A DNA stretch of 64,000 nucleotides from Antechinus flavipes. Taxonomy: Eukaryota. The DNA is taken from NCBI RefSeq assembly GCF_016432865.1, contig NC_067400.1, positions 58,838,001 through 58,902,000 on the forward strand. The letters run 5' to 3'. The position numbers and the translations under genes are program-made. The notes beneath the pieces were generated by a model, which was not told the DNA's origin, ran no database searches, and saw only the letters and a program-made list of their open reading frames with translations. This document shows, one piece after another, positions 37,373 to 50,611 of this stretch (the stretch's first letter is position 1; each line of letters begins with the position of its first letter).

Positions 37373-37820
37373 CCAAAGTAGTTGTACTAGTTCATTTTTA
37401 TTTTTGTGTTGCCAGAACCTAAAGCTCCTTTAAAAGTTATATTTACCCAAAGGTAAATAAACCTTGGCAGGAAACAACAAAGCAGCTATTTTTTGATTTG
37501 TCCTCATTTAATAGTCTTTAAATATGTCAGAAAAATTTGTGTTGTCCTATCCGATTTCTCTAGCACTTCAAGGTTTAAATATCTTGTAAACATGGACACA
37601 GCAGTAATGTTCCAAGTAGGAGGAATATAAAAGATAAGAACATTTGAATGATGAGTGGAGAAGACTGACAAGCTACCTAGCTCTTGGCACACTGGAACAT
37701 GCCTACAACATAACTACAGCCATCCAACCCAACAACTGTATTACTGTGTATAGCTGTGAAACTTAAACTTCTTTATCTTTGAATTGAAATAAAGTTAATT
37801 TTTAACAGACAGACAATTAA
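37373..37820 (+). pseudogene. L1-mediated retrocopy of an unidentified polyadenylated RNA 3' end (3' UTR retrocopy or orphan 3' transduction)
   Basis: Exact 16-bp TSD aaaaagacagatcttt (37357-37372 and 37821-37836), an L1 endonuclease site TTTT/AAAA, and AATAAA at 37788-37793, 25 nt before the A-run. No recognisable transposon text inside. Confidence 0.75.
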
Positions 37821-38569
37821 AAAAAGACAGATCTTTGATGGAAAAGCTTGGTGTCATAAAAGAGATCTATTCCATTTCCTAAAGGTAATCTAGACTCTTT
37901 ATCTGCTACTCAGTTCTGGGATAGATAATATCCATTTGTACAATTTACTCCAAATATGGGTACTGGTGTGCCATTTCTGTACTTTGTTCTTTGAATTGCT
38001 TATCACATACCTGTCTGAACAACTGATATTCTTCCTGCTCTGTTAGTGGTTAGCAAATGATTAAAGCTCTACTGTACCTGTGTTTGGGTTTCTTTTAACC
38101 AAAGCTTTTTTTAGATAATTTTCTGGTAGGTAGTCTCCTTTCCAGATGGATACACTGAGAAACAAGGATAATCAAGTGATTGATTTGCACTAGGCAACCA
38201 GCCCATACTTTCTGTTTGCCAGTCTCATTACCTGTCCTAACAGCTCCGGCTTTTAAAGGTTCAAATACTTGTTCACTTGTAATCATTTCACATCATTTGG
38301 CTTCTCTGTGGTTAGATCTATGGAATTATCTGGATCGACTGTTTTCAGGATGATTGATAGTCAGTAGTCCATGATTAATTGGACTTGATTGGACCCATTA
38401 TTTTGATCATTAAGGCATCTGAATTAGAGTGGGTCAATTGATTACTATATCAGGACCTTATCAAACAAACAACAACAAAAAAGAATCGAAGGGAAGATGA
38501 TTCGTAGATACGACAGTATTATTTAAAATGGGGTGAAAAATACCTTCAAAAGTAAAAATCACTGTATTT

Positions 38570-39270
38570 TAAAACTTAAATTTTATTGTTATCTTTTGTT
38601 TTTATATTGCCCAGATTTTTAGGTTACTCTCTGCCTTCTTCCAAAGAACCATATAACAATGTTTTTTTTTTTTTTTTTTGTTAAGGAAAGAAAAAGAGAA
38701 AGAAGACCAAAAAACAAAACAAAACAAAACACCCTAGGAAAACTGATCTATACATAAAATAGCTGGATTTTTATGCAACACTCTACACTTGATGATCACA
38801 GACTCTGTAAAGGAGCATGGGAGATTCCTTCTGATATCTCTTCTTTGGGTTAAAGTTTGTAATTTATGATTTTGTAACATTCAGTTTTGATTGTTTTCTG
38901 GTTACTGTTCTTTCCATTTACTTTGTTGTGGTCATTGTGTTTATCTTTGGTAATGACCTGTGGTCATTTGCTCACCTTTCTTTTCATGGGTTCACATTAT
39001 CTTTCTATTCTTGGCTATTCATCATGATCCACATCTCTTAAAACATAATATTTCTTCATAATATTCATGTACCATAACTTAGTTATTGTCAATAGATGGA
39101 CAGTTGCATTGTTTCCAGATCTTTGCTACCACAAAAAGTGTTGCCATAAATATTTTGTTGCATAAGGACACTTTTTATTGTAAGTGATCTATTTGGTTTA
39201 TATGACTAGCATGGAATCTCTAGGTCAAAAGATATGATCATTTTGGTCATTTTATTTGTACAGATTTAAA
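38570..39270 (-). mobile_element. Old L1-like 3' region
   Basis: gtttccagatctttgctaccacaaaaagtgttgccataaatattttg...ggaatctctaggtcaaaag. Confidence 0.7.
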
Positions 39271-39389
39271 TGTTTCATAATTCTAGTTCTAGGAAATTTT
39301 CTGTAATCTGTGCATGTAATCTATTCATCTTACTTCTTACTTCCTTTTTATTTCCGTTGATAACTGAACACGGCTTGCTGTGATTGTGT

Positions 39390-39620
39390 ATCTCCATAGG
39401 GATAGAGACAGGACCTGTTATTTCTTTAGTATAGAGAACCTTCAGATGAAGAAACTCCCTGTGTATCAATGTAGGTGAACAACACTGCAATTTATAGTCT
39501 CACAGAGTTGCCTGGATCCAGATATTTTTAGTAACTTGTCCAGAGTCCCATGGCTTGTGTATGTCAGAGGACTTGAACCCTAGCTTTGAGAGGTTGCTGA
39601 CTATCCACTACACTAACCAG
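39390..39620. mobile_element. Mar1-type SINE
   Basis: gatgaagaaactccctgtgtatcaatg...atttatagtctcacagagttgcctgg...aacttgtccagagtc. Confidence 0.75.
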
Positions 39621-40004
39621 TCATTCATTGATTAAAAAACTTCTTGAAAAAAATAAATTAAAATTAAAATACTTCTTGTCTTCAATGGAGAAACTCTTTT
39701 CTCCAAGCTAATTTACTGATGAGCCCAGTACAGGAGCTTGGTGACAGTAATATACTAGAAGTGGAAAATTCTGGTGTTGCTAAGGACTTGACTGGCCTGC
39801 AGAGACTGCTGTCTTTGGTATAATTAGGTAGAAAAGTCGCATGACACTCCAGTTCTATAGCTAGCAGTTTTCCATCTGAAATGTTTGCTCTGATGGATTC
39901 AAATATGCCTCTAGGTGATCCTTTCTTTAACTTTCCTCAGAATACCTGCCAGGAAGTTTTCTGCCAGTTTAGAATATAGTGGGAGGAGGGTTTCTGTCTC
40001 TCTC

Positions 40005-40006
<2 letters not shown>

Positions 40007-40040
<34 letters not shown>

Positions 40041-40048
40041 GTGTGTGT
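40007..40048. repeat. (TG)n microsatellite
   Basis: Direct observation. Confidence 0.95.
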
Positions 40049-40189
40049 CTGATTTCAGGAGTAGTCACTTCCAAGACAGAATTTATTGACTAGGAGAAAT
40101 CTCATCCTCTCTAGGTTTAAAATTTCTTCCCCACACCCCCACACCCCCAGAAAAGAACTCTTACATGGTATCACTGGACCAGTTATAGA

Positions 40190-40420
40190 TAACAACAATA
40201 GATTGCATTTATATAATACTTTAAAAACTACTTCATAAATATAATCTAATTTTATTTCTCCAAAAATCCTGTGAGGTAAGTGGCTATGATTATTTCCATT
40301 TTACAGATGAGGAAACTGAGGCTGAGAGATCATATGCTTTGCTCAGGGTCATACAACTAGTAAATATCTGAGGGAAATTTTGGACTCAACCCTTCCCAAC
40401 TCCCTCTAGTTACTATATCA
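40190..40420 (-). mobile_element. MIR SINE
   Basis: attatttccattttacagatgaggaaactgaggctgagaga...ctcagggtcatacaactagtaa. Confidence 0.85.
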
Positions 40421-41327
40421 TCTACCTGAAAAAGCTATAGCCACTACTGAATTAACTTTATTTGAACCTTGAATGTCATATAGCCAATGTCCTATGGTAG
40501 AAGCCATAGCTAGCGATAGGATCCCACCAAAGCTTTTTCCTTGCACATTTTGCTTTCTGGGTTATTATGTTAGTAGTGTCCAGTAAACTTTCCCTTCTTC
40601 CTGCCATGCTTTTGATACAGGAAGAGATTGTTAGCTTCCATTTTATTACATTTTCATTCTTTGATAGGCTTGATGGAAAATCCAGTCAGGGAAGTTTTCT
40701 TTCCAAAGACAAAGGATGAGCAAATGTAGCAGCCTTTTGTAGCAATGGGGAAGCTGGGGAGAAGCCTCATCAATCTGTCAATCTTGTCCTACCTGGTAAA
40801 CTACCAAAAGAGAGTTGAGGCTGTTTTCACCCTGCCACTTGGAGTAGAAAAGGTAGAGATCACTTTGGTGTAGGAGTTCTTTTTTTTCTTCTCTTCCTCC
40901 TCCTTTGCCTCCAGCCCCATGCATGTGCTCATATTGACCTACATGCTTAGTCAGTCAACAACATTTGTTAAATGTTTACTGTATGTCAGGCATGTGCTTA
41001 GAATGAACTCAGCCTTTCACCATCTGTTGAGATCAATCCCTTTCTTCAAGGCTGAGATCAGGTGTTAGCTTTTCCATGAAAATTTCCCCGATCACCCTTC
41101 CCTAAACCCAATTTCCTCTCAAATGAACTTTTTGAATTGCTTGGACATCTATTTTACACTTATCACATACCCAGAATTATCAAAGTTGATGGAAAGTCTG
41201 CATGGCATCGTGGAGAATAGGCTGGATTCAAGAGTCAGGTAGACTCAGTTACCTCCTAGCTGTGTGACTCTAGCCTAGTCACTTAATCTCTTAAACCTCA
41301 GTTTCCTCCTTAGTAAAATGGGAATCT

Positions 41328-41329
<2 letters not shown>

Positions 41330-41382
<53 letters not shown>
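41330..41382. repeat. (CT)n microsatellite at the end of a MIR (about 41200-41330)
   Basis: Direct observation. Confidence 0.9.
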
Positions 41383-41386
<4 letters not shown>

Positions 41387-41959
41387 TGAAGACTTGCCAT
41401 CTGAATTAATAGTGGTCTATACAATGAAATCATAGCGCTAAACCAAAAGGAAAAAAAAAATCTCTCCCAAAGAGTAGATATATAAAGTTAATATGAAATT
41501 ACATTTAGGGTGTCACAAAAATCTTAGTTCAGTTTTAAATTCTTAATGCTATAGCTTTAATTCAGTGTCATGAGAGGATAGAAGACTACCATTGAGACAG
41601 GAAAACCTAGGTTCAAGTCCCATCATTATAATGAATACTGGCTGTAGAAATTAAAGCAAATTATTTTACCTCTCAGTATTCCCCAAACAACTTTCTAAGA
41701 CTCTGAGCTGAGAACTTCCCAAACTGCATTGGTACAAGAAGTTCTCTCCCTTGGAAGAGGTTCATCAATGAAAACAAAGAGCCAGACCTCCATCCCTTCC
41801 TTTCAAAAAAGCATCACAGGGAAGAGAATTGATCAATATTGGCATTAGTTTAATTGTTTTGAGCTTAATTTGTATTAAATTATGACAACAGTTTATAGTT
41901 ATACTAATGTTTACAAAACACTTTAAAATTTGCAAAGTCCTTTATTATATGCTAATCTA

Positions 41960-42470
41960 AATACATATTTAGATGATAAATTTATTTATACATATAAGTT
42001 GTTATAACTATATCGTAAAACAAGGTATTATACACAACATATATAAAAAGGTGTTACATATAATATAGAAATAATATATTTAACTTATATATTATATACA
42101 AAAAACTGAAGGTGCAACATATGTTTTATATATTACAAGCATGTAAAACTGAAGGTGTTGTATATATCATATATAACATGTATAACGGAAGCAGGTGTAT
42201 ATGTTACATATAACACACATAAAACTTAACATGTTTTATATATGTCACAAATGTGAGATATAACTTAAAGTGTTTTATATACATGTGTATACATGTCTAT
42301 GCACCTATATGCTTTTTACAATGTATTTGACTTACAGGGGGTCCTCCAAATCAATGCAGTGTAAAGCTATAGTTTAATAAGAATTGTGTGTAACATACAT
42401 ATAAAATATAAAGTGTTTTATACATGATATATATATATATACACACATATATATAACATGTGTGTACATG
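41960..42470. repeat. AT-rich (TA/CA)n low-complexity array with an internal short repeat (aaaactgaaggtg twice)
   Basis: Direct observation. Confidence 0.8.
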
Positions 42471-44829
42471 TATGCTTTTTATACTGCACTTAATTTACTG
42501 GATGGCCCCCAAAATAATTAGTTTAAAGCTAAAATTTAGTTTAATTTTTTGCTCCTCTTTTCTTTCTTCTATTTCCTTCTTTCTTCTTCTAGCTTTTCTC
42601 TTTTTGATTTTTTTTTCAGGCTCTCTTCTCTCTTTTCTGATTTCATAGCTTAATTAAGCTATATTTTTGGGCCTCAGAGGGCAGAATTAGAAATAATGGG
42701 TGGAATTTGCTAAGAAGTGACTTTAGGCTTGAAGTGAGAAAAAACCCAAACAAAATTTCCCAATAATCAGAGCTGTTTAGAAGTAGCATGGGCTCCATGC
42801 AGAAATGAGGGGTGCATCTTTGAAGGTGAAGTAGAAGTTTTAACATAAGTTATGATAAGGATTATTTTTATGTATTTCTAGGACTAAATGGCCAGTGAAG
42901 TCCCTTTCAAATCTCAAGTGCTGGTTCTGTTTTCTTCCATTTTATGACAGATTTCTCTTCTAGGCTGCATGATGTCATGCCTAAAGTGTACGACTCAAGT
43001 CCAGTCAGGAAGAATAAGATTCAGATCTCATTTCTGACCCTGATTAATTGTGTGTTCATGAACAAATGAATTCACTTTTCTATCCCTTATTTTTCCCATC
43101 TATAAAATGGAACTAATAATTAATGGAACTAAAATGAAAGGTGCATATAATGTGTGTTGCAAATCAAATCACTACATAAAATACAACTAAAAAACAGCCT
43201 TTTTGTGTAGGCAGTGTGGTATAATGGAAAGATCTATAATATAGGAATACAGAAGTGGCAATTGTGAACTTATTTCTCTATTTGTCCCCTTGAAAATGTG
43301 AAGAATTGATGGTATGGTCCACCCTAAATTTATTTTCATCATTTGTTTTTCCTGTGCTTGTTCCTTTGAGGAGAATTCATAGAAGGCCTGTTTTCATATG
43401 CCTGTTCAGAAGGATACACAGTCTCCTTTAGCCTTAAGATAGCTAGTTGCTTCTCAGTATATTACAGTCTAAGGTCTTGCAATTTCTAGCTTTATTTTAT
43501 TTGAGTTTCACAGTGTCTGCTGGCCTCACATTTGTTTTGCAGAGGGAAACAAAACCTTTTTTTTGACCATATAGTTAATGTGGATTAGGTAATTCTAATG
43601 TTATGCTCTGAGAGAAATAAAATTTGGAACAATATAAACATCTTAATTATCTGAATGTAATGGAGCTTTTAAAATTCTATAAAATAATTTTGTTTAATTG
43701 TCCATGATCAAATTGATATCATAGAGGACATATTTATTCTGAATAGGCTTCAAGATATCATCTGCTTTCATTTAAATTCAGTAGCTATTGAATAGCGTGA
43801 GTATAGATACAATGCTACAAATTTGGATTTCTTAAGTAATTCTGAAGTTTGCTATTTGCTGGTAAGTAAATAGAATATATATGAGTCTGTCTGCTGATAA
43901 GCAAATGCAATATCATCTGAAAATAGGCTAAAATGTGAGAAACATTAGTACTTTTATGCCAGTAACTTGGTATGATTTCTTATAGCAATTCTGATTCTAA
44001 TGATAAGAACTCCTCCTCCCACCCCCCCAAAAAATAGAAAAGGAAGAAAACTTTTCTCATTTTTTTCTTTATTACAAAGTCTGAGGATCCATTTAACTTT
44101 TAATAAGCATTTGTTAAGTCCCAAAAATTGTGTTAGGTGATGGAGCTACAAAGACAAAAACAAAAGAATATTGGACTACAAAGAATTTGCAGTCTGTTTG
44201 TTACACACTCATGCCCACACATACCCACACCCACATCACACATGATAATTTTTATTTGATTTTGTCTCATTATACACACCATTAATTAATTAGAAGAATT
44301 TGCCCTTAGATTGCATTTACTTTCTAAGATTTCCAAAAGAATGCTCATTATAATAATGACACTGACATTTTGTGCCTTTTAAACTGGTGAATTAAGCATA
44401 AAATTTTTCCAAATGACTGGCTGGGAATCTGAAAACAATGAGATGAGACAATGGACTTAATATTTGGACCAAGAGGGAAATGGTGAACATAGACCCACCG
44501 ATTCCAGTCTTTAATAGCCATAGTTGGATTATTATATGTTGGATTCTGTACAGATAACCAATGGCTATAAAGTAATTAGTTGACATGAGAAAAAAAAATT
44601 GTCTCCTAGGTAAAGAGAAATGATATCCAGAACAAGCGTTTAAACCAGAGGCCTGTCAAAGTAATACAGTAGTTTTCAAGAAATCCTAGTTCTATGTGTT
44701 TGAGGAAGAGTGGGAACTTAGGAGCCAGAGTGAGAATTTCAAATCAGGGAAGTCTGTATGGACATCATGAGGAATGGTAGAAGGAATCTCAGGAAAATAA
44801 TTGTTTAATCACTGAGGTTTCACCTCATA

Positions 44830-45520
44830 GTCATCATATTGGCAAAGATAACAAAAGACAGAAATAGTTATTGTTGGAGAATTGGGTAAAGAAAAACACA
44901 CTAATATACTATTAGCAAAACTATTAATTGGGACAACTATTCTGAAAATAATTTGAAATTATTTGAGAAAGTCACTCACTTTATATTCCTTGACATGTTC
45001 ACAACATCACTAGACTTTTGCCTTGAGATATTTCAAATAAAAATGTCATCTGTAACAGAATAGATATAGCATTTTGTTTTAGTGGTAGCAAAATACCGAA
45101 AACACAATGGATGACTATAGATTGGGGAATGGCTGAAGAAACTGTGCTGAACAGATGTAGTAGAATATTATTAATGTTATCAGAGTTGATGAATATGAGG
45201 AATTAGAGAAACATAGAAAGGCTTACATGAATTGATGCAGATGGAGAAAATAGAACTGGGAAAATAATACATACAATGTCTATGATGATATAAATAAAAA
45301 TAAGGCTAACTGGCAATTGAACTCAATTGAAGTGGTCAATCTTGATTGAATATGAATGATGATGAAACATATTCCTGAGTAAAGTAGGAAAGACAGTGGG
45401 GATGAAACGTATATACCTTCAGATTTAGTTAACTAGTTTGTTTCTTTAATCTATTACAAGGGATTATTCTATGAGGGATATCTAGGAAAATTATGTTGTA
45501 AAAAATGATATCAATGAAAC
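44830..45520 (+). mobile_element. Old L1 ORF2 C-terminus/3' UTR
   Basis: gttattgttggagaattggg...gattggggaatggctgaagaaactgtg...ttacatgaattgatgcag. Confidence 0.8.
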
Positions 45521-46323
45521 ATTAAGAATGTAATATATATACATATATACAGAGCCCTCTCCTGACATGCTGATAAAACTGTGGAATCCCATGTATGCTG
45601 CCATTCTAATGAACGAACGATGAGAAATTTAAATGTGAATGTCTTCTGATATTTGGTTGGGGTTATGTTTTGAGGATCATAGAATCTGAGGGATCATATA
45701 AGATGACATCTATGTTTAATAGATCATAAACCAAGTTATGACTTCTTATACATTCACACAGCTTATTAATGATATACTCAGGAAGAATTAGAGCTTAGAT
45801 TTCCTGAATTACAATCCAGTGCCTTTTGTGATAGGTAAGGAAATATATTTCTTCCTTCATTAAGGAGTTGTATGAGTCCAATAGATTTATATTGGATTTC
45901 TCTCAGATTTGATCAATGATATTATATTTGCTTTCACCTACAACTTAAGAATTTTTATGTCTCCTAAAATACCAACATTTTCAATAAGTCCTTGTTAAAT
46001 CATCCTTGAATTTCCTTTCTTTTGAAAAAATTGTCAAGGAAACTCATCTTGCATTATCTTCTGGTTTTGACAATTCTTAATAGCTTCCCCTAATTCCTCT
46101 TTCATCATAAGCTCTATGATGGCAAGAACTGTGCCTTTTTATTCTGTATCTTTCACAAAACCTAGCATGGCATTTTGCACATAGTATTCAACTATTTACC
46201 AAATGCTGAGTGAATTATTGAGAAAGTATCCACATGACCGATAGTTCAAATATATGGGTGCAATGTTCATTAAAAGAAAACAGTCATATAATCACATCTC
46301 ATGCATACACATCAGTCCATAAA

Positions 46324-46690
46324 GGTCTGACAGGTTAATTCAATTGGTTAGTGTAGAAATGCCAATTTTTGACCTCTGGGAGAGTGGTCCCAACCCTTGC
46401 CAGCTGTGTTGAGTACATGTGGAAACATCAGTTCAATTATATCACTATTCCTAGAGGAAGAGGTCTAAGTATATCCTATTAATGATGATTTAGTAGCATG
46501 ATTGTCATAGACAAAGAAAAACACATTTGGCATTTTAATTAGCTGGATTTACTGGAAGATGGAAAGAACCCAAGTTGAACCACAAGCAGAAACTCCCCAC
46601 AACCTAGCAGCTGATATAAGAATTGTAATTTTGACGTATTATTTATTCAATTTAAGTTAGGCATATCAACACCAGAAGAGTGACTTTTAC
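46324..46690 (+). mobile_element. Putative ancient tRNA-derived SINE (LF-SINE/AmnSINE2/MamSINE class)
   Basis: The head ggttaattcaattggttagtg...ttttgacctctggga..ggtcccaaccc resembles the recalled LF-SINE-type tRNA head (ctttcacctctaggtcactggttcgaatcc). The body is unlike the local MIR/L2/L1. Confidence 0.35.
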
Positions 46691-47049
46691 AGATAAGAAA
46701 ATCACATAGTTAGGTAAGTCAACAAGCATTTATTATGTACTTTTTGTCTCCCTGGCACCGTGCTAAGTGATAGGAATGTAGATAGATACAAAAAAATTGT
46801 CACTGATCTCAGGAGTTTATATTTTAATGGGAAAAGACAACAAAGGGAGCTAAAAGGGGGGTAGGAGATGGTGGAGGAAAATGAGAAGTTCGGGAGCTGG
46901 AACCTGTAGAAAAGTTAATGGAGGGGCATAGTTAGCCTAGATATCCTTCCTCAAACTGGAAATTCAAGGAAGAAACTATCTATCAGAAGAAAGGGTTGCA
47001 AGCATGGAAGGATATTCCAGTGTGAAAAGAGTGCAAGGGGTGGAGGAAA

Positions 47050-48420
47050 TTTTTTTTTACATTTAAAATTTTATTTTATTTTTAATTTATGAAATAAACA
47101 TTTCTATAACCTGATATAATAAAAAAGAAGATTGCATATGGAACTGCAAATCTATTACATACAACTTGTTATTCCTCTTAAATATAGTAAAATTATCATG
47201 TAAATTTCTTTTTTTTTTTTCTTCCCTCTCTTTCAGTCCTATAGAGGGCTACCATTAGAGTTATATATGGATATGCAAACATATATGTACATATATATAT
47301 ATGTAAAATCATTTTATACATATTTCTATTGATCAGGTCTTTCTCTGAATGCAGTGTCTTCCTTAATATGTCTGTTTGTAGTTAATTTTTGTATTTATAA
47401 TAGTCAAAAAGACTTATTTGCTCAAAGTTGTTCTTAAAACAATGTGGCCATTACTATATACAACATATCCTTGGTTCTGCTTTTCATTATTCATTACATA
47501 CATTTTTTTAAAGTTTATTAAGTTCATCATTTCTTATAGCACAGTAGTATTCCATCACAGTTATTCACAATGATTTCAGAAAGGCCTGGAGAAACTTACA
47601 TGAAGTGATGCTAAGTGAAATGAGTAGAATCAAGAGAACATTGTACACAGCAACAACAGGATTATACAATGATCAATTCCGATGGACATGGCTCTTTTCA
47701 ACAATGAGGTGATTCAAGCCAGTTCCAATGGTCTTGTAATAGAGAGAGTCATCTGCAATAATAGAGTAATAGAGAGAGAGGACCATGGAGACTGAGTGAG
47801 GATCATAATATAATATTTTCACTTTTTTTTTTTTTGCTATTTGCTTGCATTTTGTTTTCTTCCCCCCTTTTTGATATGATTTTTCTTGTGCAGCATGATA
47901 ATCATGGAAATATATATTTAGAAGAATTGCGCATGTTTAACATATTCAATGATTACTTATTGTCTAGGGGACAGAATAGGTGGAAGGGAGAGAGAAAAAA
48001 ATTGGAACACAAGGTTTTGCAAGGGTGAATGTTAAAAACTATCTATGCATATGTTTTAAAAATAAAAAGCTTTATAAAAAATTATATACAACAACTTGTT
48101 TAACTATTCTCCAATTTTGGGGCATCTCAAAAGTTTCCAGATCTCTGTCACTACAAAGAGAGCTGCTATAAATATATTAGAACATATAAGATCTTTTTCT
48201 TTTCCTCCAATCATCTTTGGAAGTAGACCTAGCAGTGGAATTGCTGGGTCAAAGTGTATATAGACAGTTTAATAACTCCAGATTGCTCTCCAAATTGATA
48301 GGATTAGTTTACAATTCCACCAACAGTAAATTAATGTCCCAATTTCCCCATATCTCCTCTAATATTTGTTGCTTTTCCCTTTGGTCATTTTAACCAATTA
48401 ACCATTTAGTGGAAACATAG
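47050..48420 (-). mobile_element. Old L1 3' region interrupted by a plus-strand L1 3' end
   Basis: Minus-strand L1 text on both sides; the insert is listed separately. Confidence 0.75.
47570..48080 (+). mobile_element. L1 3' end (ORF2 terminus + 3' UTR)
   Basis: gatttcagaaaggcctggagaaacttacatgaagtgatgctaagtgaaatgag (DFRKAWRNLHEVMLSEM) followed by the 3' UTR and aataaaaa. Confidence 0.9.
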
Positions 48421-49194
48421 TATTGAAGCTTTGCCACTGGGATATAATACAGAGAGTTAGAAGCAGGGCCTGAGAAAAATGTAGGAGTGAATGCAATTTG
48501 GCAAACAGAGGTCAGGCTGTTTTCAGAATCCTTGGTGAATATAACAAATGTTCATATACACGATACAACAAATTATAAGCAATTCAAGTTGCTCATTATC
48601 TGAACATTTTTGAGGGTTTGTGCTTCAGAATACACAGGACCATAAATACATGTGGCTGGATTCTCATTTTATTAATAATATTCAAATTATGACAAGTATC
48701 CGACTAGTTGGTTTTTAGGTTTTCAGGTCCTTAAAAATTATATGCTGTCCTCTATAGCGAGGAATTGTAACATTTCTGATCTACATTGGATTATTCATTC
48801 AATAATCATCATTTATTATTATGAACTTAATGTGGAGCATTGTGTTGAATCTGAAGGGAGATTTAAAGATGAATAAAATACAATCCCTGCCCTCAAGAAG
48901 CTTATGCTCTAGAAAAGCATATTTGGGAGAGAGCCACATTATTTTGCTTGTGTGTGAGAAATGATTATTTCTCATTTGTATTTAATAATCAATTATTATA
49001 CTAGGACCAAGGTTTTTGCTCTTTTCTCCTTCCTCATCTGAAATCAATCAGTGGGGGAAATCTTTTTAGATTCTTTTTGACTGGATGTTTACAAGCAGCA
49101 TCTGGAAAATCATAGTCAGTCTGCTGTAATGGGGATTTCTGTCCTAACAAGGTTTCGACTAGATTAGGGAGGTCAAAAAATAGAGACTGTAACA

Positions 49195-49395
49195 TTCCTC
49201 AGTGGAGCCTGAAGCAGATTAAAATCTAATTGGAAAATATTTAACAAAAAAAAAAAAAAAAGAAAAATACATTAATATTAACTTGTAGTTTTTTAAGTCA
49301 ATATGTGACCCGAGGCAGCAAGGATGCTTAAGTATAGTTTAATGGCCCTTATTAAAATATGAGTTTGATACTATTAAAATATGAGTTTGATACTA
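49195..49395. mobile_element. Probable non-autonomous hAT-type DNA transposon fragment
   Basis: agtggagcctgaagcagattaaaat...aagtcaatatgtgacccg...gagtttgatactat, with a 22-bp tandem duplication at 49350-49393. Confidence 0.4.
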
Positions 49396-49887
49396 TGGGG
49401 CTAGATGGCCTCAAAGTCCTTTTTAAGTCTAGGATTCTGGGACTTTTAAGAGTTTTGGACTTGAACTTTTTAGGTAGTCTAGAAGACCATAAATGGTCAA
49501 CAGTCAGTCAACAAGCATTTATTGAACACTTGCTTTATGCCAGACATTATGCTAAATTCTGGGAATACAAATAGCTCTAAGAAGACAATCTCTGCCATCA
49601 AGGAACTTACATTCTAGTCAGGAAAGGCAATGCATAAAAGGGAATTGAAAAAGAATGAGGGAAGAAGAGGTAGAAAAAAATCACATGTGCAAGAATGTAA
49701 AAAAGTTATCTGAAGGACAAGACCAAGTCCTCTGGAAAGGGCTAAAGACTTCTTTGGGAGGGCCTCCTTAAATGGGAGATCCTCCATGTTGGGGTTATTG
49801 GGGTACAGTCAAACTCTCAATAATGAGCCACAAAAATGATAGGATTACCCACCCAAATAAGGGGTATGAAGTGATAAACCAATAATA

Positions 49888-50611
49888 TGTTGGGGTTATG
49901 GGCTAGTATTGAAGGTTATCTCAAAAGAATTTGTAGGTTTAGACCTTCTCCAAATTAAATGACAAAGATAAAAAAAAAAGTATTATGTAGTTACTAGCAG
50001 TGACCTAAATCCTTAAGGAAAAGTTTTAGTAATTAACAAGGAAGAAGACAAGCTCCCTAGCAGAGACACAGTTAAAGTTAAAGTACAGCAAGTGGAGGAT
50101 TACAGGATTACGGGCCTAACCCTAAAGAAATTTAGGGTCCTAATAGGTGTTAGCTATTGTAATGCTTAGTAAGTGGACTAACCCCAAAAAGGAGTTGGGG
50201 AGGGGGATTATGCCACTGGCTAGTGAGTTTATCCTAAAAGGTTTTTAGCACCCTAAAAAGAGTTAGTAGGAGTCTACAGTATTAGAAAGTCTTTTCTAGG
50301 GGAAATATCACCTAGGGGTTAACATCATAAATTGATTTTTTGATCAGATACAATAAGGCTGGGGTTATGATTATTTTATTAATTCAAGGAATTCAGCTAA
50401 GAATTCTACCAGAGATCTCCATCTGGGGTGGGGCTGTAATAAAGATCCACATGAACTAAAGCCTTAATTAAAAAAAATATTTATAATCCTATCAGTGCTC
50501 CACCCTGATTGCCTCAGGGAGTGGCTAGGCTTCAAGATTGTATCCAGTAATGCAGTCTCTCTCAATGTCCATCTAGTTATCCAGAACCTCATCACCAGGA
50601 GGAACTAGACA
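49888..50611. mobile_element. Putative solo LTR (724 bp), possibly nested in a related LTR-like sequence starting at 49787
   Basis: TGTTGGGG...CTAGACA termini, a candidate 6-bp TSD ATAATA (49882-49887 and 50612-50617) and AATAAA near 50438. No open frame. Confidence 0.45.
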
